Under the pieces are notes generated by a model. It did not search any database and was not told the origin of the DNA. It was given only the letters and a program-made list of their open reading frames with translations. Below are positions 8,861 through 18,080 of a stretch of 64,000 bases of DNA, piece by piece (within the stretch, counting starts at the first letter, position 1; each line of letters opens with the position of its first letter). This DNA is from Lentimicrobiaceae bacterium (GTDB taxonomy: Bacteria > Bacteroidota > Bacteroidia > Bacteroidales > F082). The stretch spans positions 4,436 through 68,435 of the forward strand of contig SUWU01000004.1 of the NCBI GenBank assembly GCA_015061295.1, in the 5' to 3' direction. Both the position numbers and the translations under genes were made by a program.

Positions 8861-8945
8861 GTTAACAATTAACAATGTACAATTTACAATGACAGTTTGA
8901 TATTAGAACTAATTGTTAATTATTCATTGTTAATTGTACATTATT
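8861..8945. repeat. Word array R5: TTAACAA/TGTACAA/TTTACAA arm plus inverted ATTGTTA arm
   Basis: Starts right after the era stop. The arms can pair as a long imperfect hairpin. Confidence 0.9.
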
Positions 8946-8949
8946 TTCG

Positions 8950-8957
8950 TATTTTTG
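8950..8957 (+). promoter_or_regulatory. Candidate -7 box for der
   Basis: tatttttg, 26 nt before the ATG. Confidence 0.45.
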
Positions 8958-8982
8958 CAAATTATAGAAATAGAACAAGAAA

Positions 8983-10290
8983 ATGAGTAATATTGTTGCA
9001 ATAGTAGGAAGACCTAATGTAGGTAAATCGACATTTTTTAATCGTTTAGTTCAGACACGTCAAGCCATTGTAGAAGAGACGAGTGGTGTGACTCGCGACC
9101 GTCATTATGGTCACAGCGACTGGAATGGAAAGTCGTTTACGGTGATAGACACAGGAGGTTATGTCGTTGGTTCTGACGATATTTTTGAAGAAGAGATTAG
9201 AAAACAAGTCGAGCTTGCTATTGAAGAAGCCGACGTTATAATATTCGTCGTCGATGGCAAAGAAGGTCTCCACGTCCTTGACGAAGACGTTGCCTTGATG
9301 TTACGTCGCTCCAAGAAAAAAGTATTACTCGCTGTCAACAAGACCGACATCCCTAACAAGGAAAGTAACATCGCCGACTTCTACTCTTTAGGTCTCGGCG
9401 ACATCTTCGCTTTCTCAGCCATGACAGGCACAGGTACCGGTGAGCTTTTAGATGAAGTTGTGAAACATCTTCCTAACGACACAACAGATACTTACGATGG
9501 ACTTCCTCGCTTCGCTCTCGTAGGTCGCCCTAATGTTGGCAAGTCTTCTATGATAAATGCCTTCTTAGGTCATGAACGTCATATCGTTACAGACATTGCA
9601 GGCACCACACGCGACAGCAACAACACTCGTTTCAACGCCTTCAATATGGATTTCATCCTTGTTGATACCGCTGGTCTTCGTAAGAAAAGCAAAGTCTCGG
9701 AAAATATAGAGTTCTATTCAGTCATGCGTTCGATACGCGCCATCGAGGAATGCGACGTAGCAGCACTCATCATCGACGCAACACAAGGATTCGAGGCACA
9801 AGATATGAACATCTTACGTCTCATCGAGAGAAATAAAAAAGGTCTCGTCCTCATCGTAAATAAATGGGACTTAGTAGAAAAAGACTCCAACACTCACCTT
9901 CAGTTCGAGAAGATGATAAGAGAGAAGACAGCGCCTTTCACCGATTATCCAATCATCTTTACTTCTGCAATAAATCGTCAAAGGACATTCCGCGTCTTGG
10001 AGGCTTTACATCAAGTGTATGAAAACCGCGAACGCAGAGTACCAGTACGCGAACTCAACGACACATTATTAGAGATAATATCAGCACAACCTCCACAAGT
10101 TGCATCACGAAATCGTTATCTCAAGATAAAATATATCACACAGCTGAAGAGCCCTACTCCACAGTTCATCTTCTTCTGTAATCTTCCAAAAGACGTCAAA
10201 GAGTCATATTGTCGTTTCTTAGAAAATAAAATACGTCAGAATTGGGACTTCAACGGAGTGCCGATACAGTTATTTTTCAGAGAAAAATAA
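8983..10290 (+). CDS. der: Ribosome-biogenesis GTPase Der (EngA), double GTPase
   Basis: Two G domains (GRPNVGKST twice, DTGG/DTAG, NKTD/NKWD). 435 aa. Confidence 0.95.
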   Translation: MSNIVAIVGRPNVGKSTFFNRLVQTRQAIVEETSGVTRDRHYGHSDWNGKSFTVIDTGGYVVGSDDIFEEEIRKQVELAIEEADVIIFVVDGKEGLHVLDEDVALMLRRSKKKVLLAVNKTDIPNKESNIADFYSLGLGDIFAFSAMTGTGTGELLDEVVKHLPNDTTDTYDGLPRFALVGRPNVGKSSMINAFLGHERHIVTDIAGTTRDSNNTRFNAFNMDFILVDTAGLRKKSKVSENIEFYSVMRSIRAIEECDVAALIIDATQGFEAQDMNILRLIERNKKGLVLIVNKWDLVEKDSNTHLQFEKMIREKTAPFTDYPIIFTSAINRQRTFRVLEALHQVYENRERRVPVRELNDTLLEIISAQPPQVASRNRYLKIKYITQLKSPTPQFIFFCNLPKDVKESYCRFLENKIRQNWDFNGVPIQLFFREK

Positions 10291-10350
10291 TTGACAATTA
10301 ACAATTGACAATGACTGTGGACGATGACTGTTGTCCATTGTCTCATTGAC
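10291..10350. repeat. Word array R6: TTGACAA/TTAACAA then GACAATGAC..GTCCATTGTC inverted words
   Basis: Starts right after the der stop and is followed by TAAAAAAA and the hslR ATG. Confidence 0.9.
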
Positions 10351-10359
10351 TAAAAAAAG

Positions 10360-10737
10360 ATGGAAGAACTTCGTATAGATAAATGGTTATGGTGCGCTCG
10401 TCTTTTCAAGACGCGTACTCTTGCTGCCGATGCGTGTAAAGGTGGCAAGGTTAAGATTAATGACACTTCCATCAAGCCTTCGCGTGATGTCAAAGTTGGC
10501 GAGCAGATACAAGTACAGCTTGGTCAACTTCATAAAGTCGTTGAAGTAAAAAGCATTCCTAAGAGTCGCGTCTCGCCAAAGCAAGTAGAAGAAGTTTATA
10601 TCGATTTGACCCCGAAAGAAGAATACGAGAGAATAGAATTTATCCACGCATACAAGGTAGAATACCGCGACAGAGGCGCTGGGCGCCCGACTAAAAAAGA
10701 AAGAAGAGAAATCGACAGAATCAAAGGAGAGATGTAG
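10360..10737 (+). CDS. hslR: RNA-binding S4-domain protein (Hsp15/HslR-like)
   Basis: RIDKWLWCARLFKTRTLAADACKGGKVKIN S4 motif. 125 aa. Confidence 0.8.
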   Translation: MEELRIDKWLWCARLFKTRTLAADACKGGKVKINDTSIKPSRDVKVGEQIQVQLGQLHKVVEVKSIPKSRVSPKQVEEVYIDLTPKEEYERIEFIHAYKVEYRDRGAGRPTKKERREIDRIKGEM

Positions 10738-10741
10738 GCGG

Positions 10742-10783
10742 TTGGCTATTGGCTGTTGGCTGTTGGCTATTAGCTATTAGCTG
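10742..10783. repeat. Word array R7: heptamers TTGGCTA/TTGGCTG/TTAGCTA x6
   Basis: Begins 5 nt after the hslR stop. Confidence 0.95.
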
Positions 10784-10858
10784 GTATTGACTTTTCTTTA
10801 ACAAACAAAACTTCTATCATGGTGTTTTTAAGGCATTATTATAAAAAACAAAAACACT

Positions 10859-12289
10859 ATGAAAGATTTCAATTTCAGACATGGAGACGCCAAAAGTGAT
10901 GTCTTCGGAACAGACGTAATGATCAACCCTTCGCCTGTGGATAAGATTCCAGATGGACCAACAACACCTCAGATCGCATATCAGATGGTCAAAGATGAAA
11001 CCTTCCCTCAGACTCAACCTCGACTCAACCTTGCTACTTTCGTCACCACATACATGGACGAATATGCAACAAAACTGATGAACGACGCTATCAGTATCAA
11101 CTACATCGACGAGACCGAATATCCTCGTGTGGCTGTGATGGGACAGAAATGTATCAATATCATCGCTAACCTATGGAACAGTCCTGAGACAAACAAATGG
11201 AAGACAGGAGCTGTCGGCATCGGTTCATCGGAAGCCTGTATGCTTGGTGGCGTCTCTGCATGGATGCGCTGGCGTAAGAGAAGAATGCAACAAGGCAAGC
11301 CTTACGACAAGCCTAACTTCGTAGTCTCTACAGGCTTTCAAGTCGTGTGGGAGAAGTTCGCTCAGCTGTGGCAGATAGAGATGCGTACAGTGCCGCTCAC
11401 TATGGAGAATCCTACCTTAGATCCTAAGAAAGCTATCGAGATGTGCGATGAAAACACAATCTGCATTGTACCTATCGTAGGATGTACTTGGACAGGTATG
11501 AACGACGACATCGAAGCTCTTGACAAGGAAGTAACTAAATTCAACAAAGCCACGGGCAACCAATTGTGTATCCACGTAGATGCAGCTTCTGGAGGTTTCA
11601 TCTTACCTTTCTTAAAACCTCATGTAAAATGGGACTTCAGATTAGACAACGTTTTGTCGATAAGCACCTCAGGTCATAAATATGGTCTCGTATATCCAGG
11701 CTTAGGCTGGGTCATCTGGAAAGACAAGAAATATCTCCCTGAAGAGATGGCATTCAGCGTCAACTATCTCGGTGCCGACATCACACAAGTCGGACTCAAC
11801 TTCTCACGTCCAGCAGCACAAGTCTTAGGACAATACTATCAATTCATCAGGTTAGGATTCCAAGGATATAAGGCAGTTCAGCAAAACTCTATGGAGATAG
11901 CAGAATATCTTCATAACGAGATAGGCAAAATGCCTCAGTTCAAGAATTATAGCAACGAAGTCGTAAATCCTTTGTTCATCTGGTCGCTGAATCCTAAATA
12001 CGACAAAGTAGCCAATTGGACTTTGTACGACTTACAATACAAGTTACAACAAAGTGGTTGGATGGTTCCTGCTTACACTATGCCGAAAGATTTAGAACAA
12101 TGTGTCGTGATGAGAATTGTATGCCGTCAGGGCTTCAGTCGCGATATGGCAGATATGCTGTTGAATGACATCAGGATGGCGGTGACAGAGTTAGATAAAC
12201 TCAGTTATCCTACACAGTCGAGAGTGGATGTCAACAGAAACATACATCCGAAGCAAAGTTTCAACCACGGAGGAAGAAAGTGTAAATGA
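10859..12289 (+). CDS. gadB: Glutamate decarboxylase (PLP-dependent)
   Basis: INYIDETEYP, SISTSGHKYG (PLP lysine), WMVPAYTMP. 476 aa. Confidence 0.9.
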   Translation: MKDFNFRHGDAKSDVFGTDVMINPSPVDKIPDGPTTPQIAYQMVKDETFPQTQPRLNLATFVTTYMDEYATKLMNDAISINYIDETEYPRVAVMGQKCINIIANLWNSPETNKWKTGAVGIGSSEACMLGGVSAWMRWRKRRMQQGKPYDKPNFVVSTGFQVVWEKFAQLWQIEMRTVPLTMENPTLDPKKAIEMCDENTICIVPIVGCTWTGMNDDIEALDKEVTKFNKATGNQLCIHVDAASGGFILPFLKPHVKWDFRLDNVLSISTSGHKYGLVYPGLGWVIWKDKKYLPEEMAFSVNYLGADITQVGLNFSRPAAQVLGQYYQFIRLGFQGYKAVQQNSMEIAEYLHNEIGKMPQFKNYSNEVVNPLFIWSLNPKYDKVANWTLYDLQYKLQQSGWMVPAYTMPKDLEQCVVMRIVCRQGFSRDMADMLLNDIRMAVTELDKLSYPTQSRVDVNRNIHPKQSFNHGGRKCK

Positions 12290-12316
12290 TTAGTAATGTA
12301 TGTTGATGTATAAAAA

Positions 12317-12346
12317 AAGTGCGGACGATTCAACATGTCCGCACTT
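12317..12346. terminator. Bidirectional hairpin between gadB and the T9SS cargo gene
   Basis: Perfect 10-bp stem aagtgcggac / gtccgcactt, preceded by an A-run. Confidence 0.6.
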
Positions 12347-12363
12347 TACATCATTAATATTAA

Positions 12364-15300
12364 TTATTTCTTAATGAAACGTCTCACAATATCACCTTCG
12401 TCAGTCTTAAGTTTGACAAAATAAACTCCAGCATTTAAATCTGTGACATCAACAACTTGTTGACTCATCGACTCGTTGACTCGTTGACTCAAAACCTGAC
12501 GACCGTAGATGTCGTAAATAGAAATCTCTTCAACATTAACATCTGTTGCGAGGAACAACTCATTTTCAACAGGATTAGGATAAACGTTAACTGTTGATGT
12601 CAATTCTTCTACTCCATCAATCAACTCCGTGTTGATCCTAATGTCGTCAACCATAAGACATACATTCTTAAATTTCTCACCGATATATTGTATCGCGACA
12701 TAAACCTCTTTGTTGTTATAATCTGCTAAATCGACTTCAACTTTCTCCCACTCTTCAGCAGCCTGACGCACATCATCGCCGAGCACGACAAAACTTTCAA
12801 AATCGTTGTCGGTATCAGAAATCAATATGCGATATTTTTCAAGTTCCTGATCCATCGTCTCTAAGAAGCGTGTTTTCACATAAAGTTCAAGATTAGACTT
12901 ATCGCCGAGTTTTAATTTAGGTGACATCAACCACACATCGCTTATCATTTCTTCTGTTTCATAGCCCACACAGAATGCAGCACCGAAACGTTCTCCAGAA
13001 TGAGGTGTGAAGCCAGGCAGAAGCTCTTCTGTCATAGCAGGTTTCGTAGATTCAGGATTAAAGGCGATGAAACCCACAGCTTCTCCACGATATTGATGTT
13101 CAAACATCCAGAAGTAATCAGTTGTTTGTCCGTTGCGATCTACTGTCGTCCAGCGAGGGTTGAAGACATCAGGAGCAGCATCAAAGTCATAACACGACTC
13201 GAAGTCCATAACATAAGGATTAGCCTCTTCTACGGAAGTAAAAGTCTTTGTCAGCTCATCGTTATCAGCATTTTCGTCTCCTTCGAGTAAAGTCTTAGCT
13301 ACTGCCACATAATCACCTACTTCTTTCATATTGATATTTTCAAAGTCAACCACTTTTTCTTCATATGGATACAGCGACACTTCTGCATCATAATCTGTAC
13401 CGTTAACAGTCAAGCGCACTGGCACATCGGCGTTCTCGTATCCTTTATTTTTAACTAAGACAGAAATGGTCTCATTTTCCGAGAACAAAGTAGCGTCTTT
13501 TACAGGAGCTGTGAATTTAACTACAGCAGCATCTTTTTCATAGACCGCAAGTTCAGAGTTAAAAGTAGCTCTTATCGACAAGGCAGGACCTATGATTTTT
13601 GTCAGATCATCACCAATTCTTTGATAACATGAATTTTCCAAGTCGTAAGGATCGACAGCGAGACCCATGTTATATGTTGAAAGTTGTTGTACTTCGAAAT
13701 AATACATTCCTGGAGCGAGTTTCATAGGATCCAATGTTATCTCTTTAAATCCGCCGAAGCCACGTTCGAACTCGGTATGAGTCACTAATCGTTCGATATT
13801 CAACTCACCATCTATAGCATAGATTGACAGCCCTATAGGTTTAGCCGCCATATCAGACTCTTCTTCGCCTATTTCTGCGAATCCTATTACGACAGAATTT
13901 AGTATGTCGGCGACGGTGATTGTATAGACGTTACCTACGTATAACTCATCGCCCCAGTTTCCTGTCCCCATCTCTATCGTCTCGATATATTCTGTTGCGT
14001 AAAAATCTTCCGTCACTATGATACTTCTAATGTCAAATATATTATCATCGATGTAAGCGTCTTCTTCTGCTGCCGTAGCTATCACTGTCAGATCTACTTG
14101 ATCGCCGATATTTTTCTCAGGAAGCACAGCCTTCATAGATATGACTTTATTTTCGTCAGAAGCTATATCGACGCCATCGCTTTCGCCCAATAAGGTCTCA
14201 CCTTCGTAAAGAGCCACTTTCACATCTGTCATGATTTCGGTGCCACGGTTTGTCACTGTGACGAAATATTCACCTTCGCCTGTCAGCTGAATTTGTGGGG
14301 TGAAAGGTGCTGCTGGATAAGTAACATCTTCTATTCTCAAGTCATATTGCGACACATTGGAGATAGCACATGTATAGAGATATAAGTTACAATTTTCTTC
14401 AGACTCATTCACGATAGCGAAGTTATAATTATCAGGCTCTGTTATAGTAACCATAAACTCTACCTCAGTATCACCTTCAATATTGTCATTCTCATACACT
14501 CTGACAAAGTCAGAAATATCTTCTCCTGATTTTCCCATCGCCACATACATTCTCGATGTCTCCCAGCCACCTTTTGAATATTGCAATTTAATACGAACCG
14601 AGTTTTCGAGATACAAACAACGTGTTATCAAAGCATTTTCAACTCCTGTTTGATCGGTACCAAACATTCCTGTCCACTCGTCTGTAAACCACGCAGCATC
14701 ATTTACCGCTGTCCAATATTCGCTATAATTTTCCCCATTGACAAAATCTGTCATTATAGGAAGTTCTGTAACGACATCATAATTGTTAACTACACCACTA
14801 AGAGTGCTTTCTGTTTCTTCTGAAGCTGTCGCTGTGACTTCTACCATATATTCACCTACTTCTGAGAAATCTGTTGTAGTGTTAAAATAAACCACTGCCG
14901 ATTCAGTAGGTAAAATCACTTCTGTAAATTCTTCTGTAACAACATCTCCTCCATTAACGCTATAAGTCATTGTAAAAGATGATGTCGGACCTGTTCCCAC
15001 ATTCTTCACCTTAACACCTACAACACTTGCATCGGAGAGGTCACAGTTAGAATAAGGAAGAATAACTTGTTCAATTTCAAGAAGAGGACTCACTTCCATC
15101 ATACCTGCGTCTATTGTCAACTCATCGATAAAGACATTCATACCTTCCACCGACTTCACATGGAAAGCGAAATAATAAACACCTTCAGTCTCGACGTCGA
15201 AGTTTATAATACGTTTCACCCATTCAGTCTGGTTGATAGCATAATCACCAATTATAGTCATCTCATCTACATTAGCCGTTGTACCATAGCGAACGTCTAA

Positions 15301-16530
15301 CAATTCTGTCGCATCTTCGCCGTTGATACATCTTGTATAAAACACCATGTGAGATGTTCCTGCTGGCATATGTATTGGCAATGAAATCAAGTTATCGTTA
15401 CCTGTACGGTCGCCACTCCATGAGCCAGAGCAGCTTACAGCACCCATTTCTCCATTTACGTCTTCAGTCCATTCATTATATTGCCAATAGCTATCGTCTT
15501 CGTTAACATCTTCCACTATCCAATCAGACTCAATACCATCTATACCGTAATCTGAGAAGTCGTAGTTAAAAGGAAGTTGAGAGACACCGATGTGCTTACA
15601 TTTGGCAGTCATTTTATCGTTAGATGTAATCATATCACCTTCAAGAGTAACCCAAGCCTCGACGACATATTGTTTTTCAACAGAGAGATCGGCTTTTGTT
15701 GTGAAAGTGTAAGTCGCTTTTTCGCCAGCCTCTATTGTCTCGGTATAAGTTTCGGTGACAGCTTCATTATCGTCTATTTGGTAGGAGACAGTGAAATTAG
15801 ATATTGCAGAAGTACCTCTGTTGGTTATCTCAATGGAAATATCTTCGCTGTCAGTCATATCCATGCCATTAGCTGGAACGATAAGATCTGTGATAGCAGC
15901 ATCGACATCTACATAAAGGAAAGCCATATCAACGTTATAACCATATTCGTTTACGCCATATTCTATCACGAAGCGATATGTGTTACCGCCTTGAAATTCA
16001 AAGTCATTAACCTTAGCATATTCGCCGTTAGTGAATATAAGACCGTCGCCAGGGAAAGGACATAAGATCATGAAATCGTAAGTTCCAGCAGGGATTTGTA
16101 TTGCGACAGCCTCATCGAAGACTATATTTGTTGAGTTTTCCGATGCGTCGGCATTCTCAGGAATGCTATATTCAAAGGCATCGTAGGTATCGTAATATGC
16201 ACTCGACCAATCATAAAACAGATTGTTGTAAGTGTCAGCATCGGCATCAAGAAGCATTTGGAAACCAAGCTGAGCAAACTCTCCAAAGACCTTATGAGCT
16301 TCTAATATGATTTCCGCTTTATCTGAAGGCACCTCTGATTCACTTCTATAGACATGTAATTTCGGTTGATTAGCATGATACCTCATCAACTCGTAGGTCA
16401 TATCACCATGACCGCGTAATTGTTCGATATTGAGAGCTTTCTTTTGTGAAGGAGACTCTCCAAAATTTAAAACTTGCCCCATTGCAAACATGCTGCACAT
16501 TGACAAGAAAAGTAAAAATAACTTTTTCAT
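12364..16530 (-). CDS. T9SS-secreted multidomain adhesin-like protein (DUF2436-like, CARDB-like, cleaved-adhesin/choice-of-anchor-J-like domains, type A sorting domain)
   Basis: Signal peptide. IILEAHKVF..GFQMLLDADADTY resembles DUF2436 of gingipain/hemagglutinin proteins. Repeated ITNRGT/VKNVGT CARDB-like units and DFES..WT..D adhesin-type motifs. C-terminus VNVYPNPVENELFL..GVYFVKLKT is a T9SS CTD. Confidence 0.8.
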   Translation of the reverse strand: MKKLFLLFLSMCSMFAMGQVLNFGESPSQKKALNIEQLRGHGDMTYELMRYHANQPKLHVYRSESEVPSDKAEIILEAHKVFGEFAQLGFQMLLDADADTYNNLFYDWSSAYYDTYDAFEYSIPENADASENSTNIVFDEAVAIQIPAGTYDFMILCPFPGDGLIFTNGEYAKVNDFEFQGGNTYRFVIEYGVNEYGYNVDMAFLYVDVDAAITDLIVPANGMDMTDSEDISIEITNRGTSAISNFTVSYQIDDNEAVTETYTETIEAGEKATYTFTTKADLSVEKQYVVEAWVTLEGDMITSNDKMTAKCKHIGVSQLPFNYDFSDYGIDGIESDWIVEDVNEDDSYWQYNEWTEDVNGEMGAVSCSGSWSGDRTGNDNLISLPIHMPAGTSHMVFYTRCINGEDATELLDVRYGTTANVDEMTIIGDYAINQTEWVKRIINFDVETEGVYYFAFHVKSVEGMNVFIDELTIDAGMMEVSPLLEIEQVILPYSNCDLSDASVVGVKVKNVGTGPTSSFTMTYSVNGGDVVTEEFTEVILPTESAVVYFNTTTDFSEVGEYMVEVTATASEETESTLSGVVNNYDVVTELPIMTDFVNGENYSEYWTAVNDAAWFTDEWTGMFGTDQTGVENALITRCLYLENSVRIKLQYSKGGWETSRMYVAMGKSGEDISDFVRVYENDNIEGDTEVEFMVTITEPDNYNFAIVNESEENCNLYLYTCAISNVSQYDLRIEDVTYPAAPFTPQIQLTGEGEYFVTVTNRGTEIMTDVKVALYEGETLLGESDGVDIASDENKVISMKAVLPEKNIGDQVDLTVIATAAEEDAYIDDNIFDIRSIIVTEDFYATEYIETIEMGTGNWGDELYVGNVYTITVADILNSVVIGFAEIGEEESDMAAKPIGLSIYAIDGELNIERLVTHTEFERGFGGFKEITLDPMKLAPGMYYFEVQQLSTYNMGLAVDPYDLENSCYQRIGDDLTKIIGPALSIRATFNSELAVYEKDAAVVKFTAPVKDATLFSENETISVLVKNKGYENADVPVRLTVNGTDYDAEVSLYPYEEKVVDFENINMKEVGDYVAVAKTLLEGDENADNDELTKTFTSVEEANPYVMDFESCYDFDAAPDVFNPRWTTVDRNGQTTDYFWMFEHQYRGEAVGFIAFNPESTKPAMTEELLPGFTPHSGERFGAAFCVGYETEEMISDVWLMSPKLKLGDKSNLELYVKTRFLETMDQELEKYRILISDTDNDFESFVVLGDDVRQAAEEWEKVEVDLADYNNKEVYVAIQYIGEKFKNVCLMVDDIRINTELIDGVEELTSTVNVYPNPVENELFLATDVNVEEISIYDIYGRQVLSQRVNESMSQQVVDVTDLNAGVYFVKLKTDEGDIVRRFIKK
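12459..12493. repeat. Octamer run TTGACTCA/TCGACTCG/TTGACTCG inside the T9SS sorting domain coding region
   Basis: Encodes SQRVNESMSQQ on the minus strand. Confidence 0.7.
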
Positions 16531-16570
16531 AAAATAATACTTTAGTTAATATATGATAATATAATTACCG

Positions 16571-16578
16571 CAAAGTTA
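16571..16578 (-). promoter_or_regulatory. Candidate -7 box for the 1388-aa T9SS cargo gene
   Basis: Reverse complement taactttg, 41 nt upstream of the start. Confidence 0.45.
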
Positions 16579-16681
16579 TTTCGTTTTTTAGAGAAATACA
16601 ATTATTTTTTTAAGATTATTAACATATGTTTATTATTTTACACACCTTTGATGCACACAATAGACTTATTGACTTTTTTTC

Positions 16682-16689
16682 TATATTTG
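16682..16689 (+). promoter_or_regulatory. Candidate -7 box for lysC
   Basis: tatatttg, 23 nt before the ATG. Confidence 0.5.
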
Positions 16690-16711
16690 TAGGATAATTT
16701 CTAATAAAACT

Positions 16712-17983
16712 ATGATTCGTAAAATATATAAATTCGGTGGCGCTTCAGTGAAAGACGCCAATGCTGTCAGAAACTTAAAGAATATTCTCGGAAAAGAAAA
16801 CAGAGATGACATCATGCTCGTTGTCTCCGCCATGGGAAAGACGACCAACGCCATAGAGAAGCTCCTCGCCGACTTCCGCGCAAACAACGGCCATCTTGAG
16901 ATAGGCGCGCTCAGCGAGATAATAGAATATCATGAAAATATCATGACAGAACTCTTCGAAGGCAACACCTCGCATCCTATCTTCGAGACGATGACCAATC
17001 TCTTCTTAGACTTATATCTCAACCTTAAAGAGACAGGCTACGACTACGACTATCAATACGATAACACCGTCAGTTTCGGTGAGATGCTCTCCACGACTCT
17101 TATCTCTGCTTATCTCAACGAGTGCGGCCTCGCAAACAAACTTTTAGACGCCCGCGAATATATCATCACTGACCATAACTTCCGTGCTGCTAACCCGGAA
17201 TGGGACGACTGCCGACTCAGGATACAGAAACTCAACGACGAACACGATGGCACCATGTATATAACACAGGGCTTCATCGCAAGCTCTACCTCGCCTAAGA
17301 CCACTACGACATTAGGAAGAGAAGGCTCTGACTTCACAGCAGCCATCTTCGCCAACTGCTTAGACGCCGAAGAAGTATCTATATGGAAAGACGTCGATGG
17401 CATCCGTAACGCCGACCCTAAACGCTTCCCCGACACTAAAAAGATCTCACATCTCTCTTACTTCGAGGCTATAGAACTCGCCTTCTACGGCGCCTCCATC
17501 ATCCATCCTAAGACACTGAAGCCTCTGCAAAACAAGAATATACCTCTGAAAGTCAGATGCTTCTTAGATACAAGATTAGAACCTACCGTCATCGACGGAA
17601 CCAAAGATTACATTGAATATATCCCTTCTTTCATCGTGAAAGAGAAACAGACTTTGATGAGCATCACCGCCCGCGACTATTCCTTCATGAACGAACATAA
17701 CCGCGCGCTCATCTTCAATATCATGGACGAACTCAACATACACGCCAATATGACGCAGGTGTCAGCTCTCGTCCTTTCTATCTGCTTCGACGAAAACGAA
17801 AAGAAACGCCTCCAACTCACAGAGGCGCTCTCTCAAGCTTTTAAAGTGAAATATAACGACGGACTTCAGCTCTTCACAATACGTCATTATCACGACGGAT
17901 TAGAGAAAGACTTCATCAAAGATAAAAAGATCTACGTCGAACAAAGAAGCCGAAGCACGTACCAAATTGTTTTAAGTTACTAA
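16712..17983 (+). CDS. lysC: Aspartate kinase
   Basis: KFGGASV, VVSAMGKTTN, LGREGSDFTA. 423 aa. Confidence 0.9.
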   Translation: MIRKIYKFGGASVKDANAVRNLKNILGKENRDDIMLVVSAMGKTTNAIEKLLADFRANNGHLEIGALSEIIEYHENIMTELFEGNTSHPIFETMTNLFLDLYLNLKETGYDYDYQYDNTVSFGEMLSTTLISAYLNECGLANKLLDAREYIITDHNFRAANPEWDDCRLRIQKLNDEHDGTMYITQGFIASSTSPKTTTTLGREGSDFTAAIFANCLDAEEVSIWKDVDGIRNADPKRFPDTKKISHLSYFEAIELAFYGASIIHPKTLKPLQNKNIPLKVRCFLDTRLEPTVIDGTKDYIEYIPSFIVKEKQTLMSITARDYSFMNEHNRALIFNIMDELNIHANMTQVSALVLSICFDENEKKRLQLTEALSQAFKVKYNDGLQLFTIRHYHDGLEKDFIKDKKIYVEQRSRSTYQIVLSY

Positions 17984-18075
17984 GTTACTGAGATACTAAG
18001 CTACTGAGATGCTAAGTTACTCAGCACACTCAGCATACTCAGCATACTCAGCACACTCAATACACTTAGAGACTC
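17975..18075. repeat. Word array R9: octamers TAAGTTAC/TGAGATAC/TGAGATGC, then nonamers CTCAGCA(T/C)A
   Basis: Includes the last lysC codons and its stop. It fills the whole spacer to the gadC stop. Confidence 0.9.
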
Positions 18076-18080
18076 ATAAA

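Noticed and set aside
15577-16065. A 162-aa plus-strand ORF, and several other 60-100-aa ORFs, lie inside the 1388-aa gene.
   Set aside because: All are antisense or out of frame within a continuous 4.2-kb ORF that has a signal peptide and a T9SS CTD. They have no independent support.
16531-16711. A lysine riboswitch (L-box) might lie upstream of lysC.
   Set aside because: The spacer is very AT-rich with no conserved L-box helices or GC-rich core that I can recognise. The -7 box is only 23 nt from the ATG, leaving no room for a ~180-nt leader.
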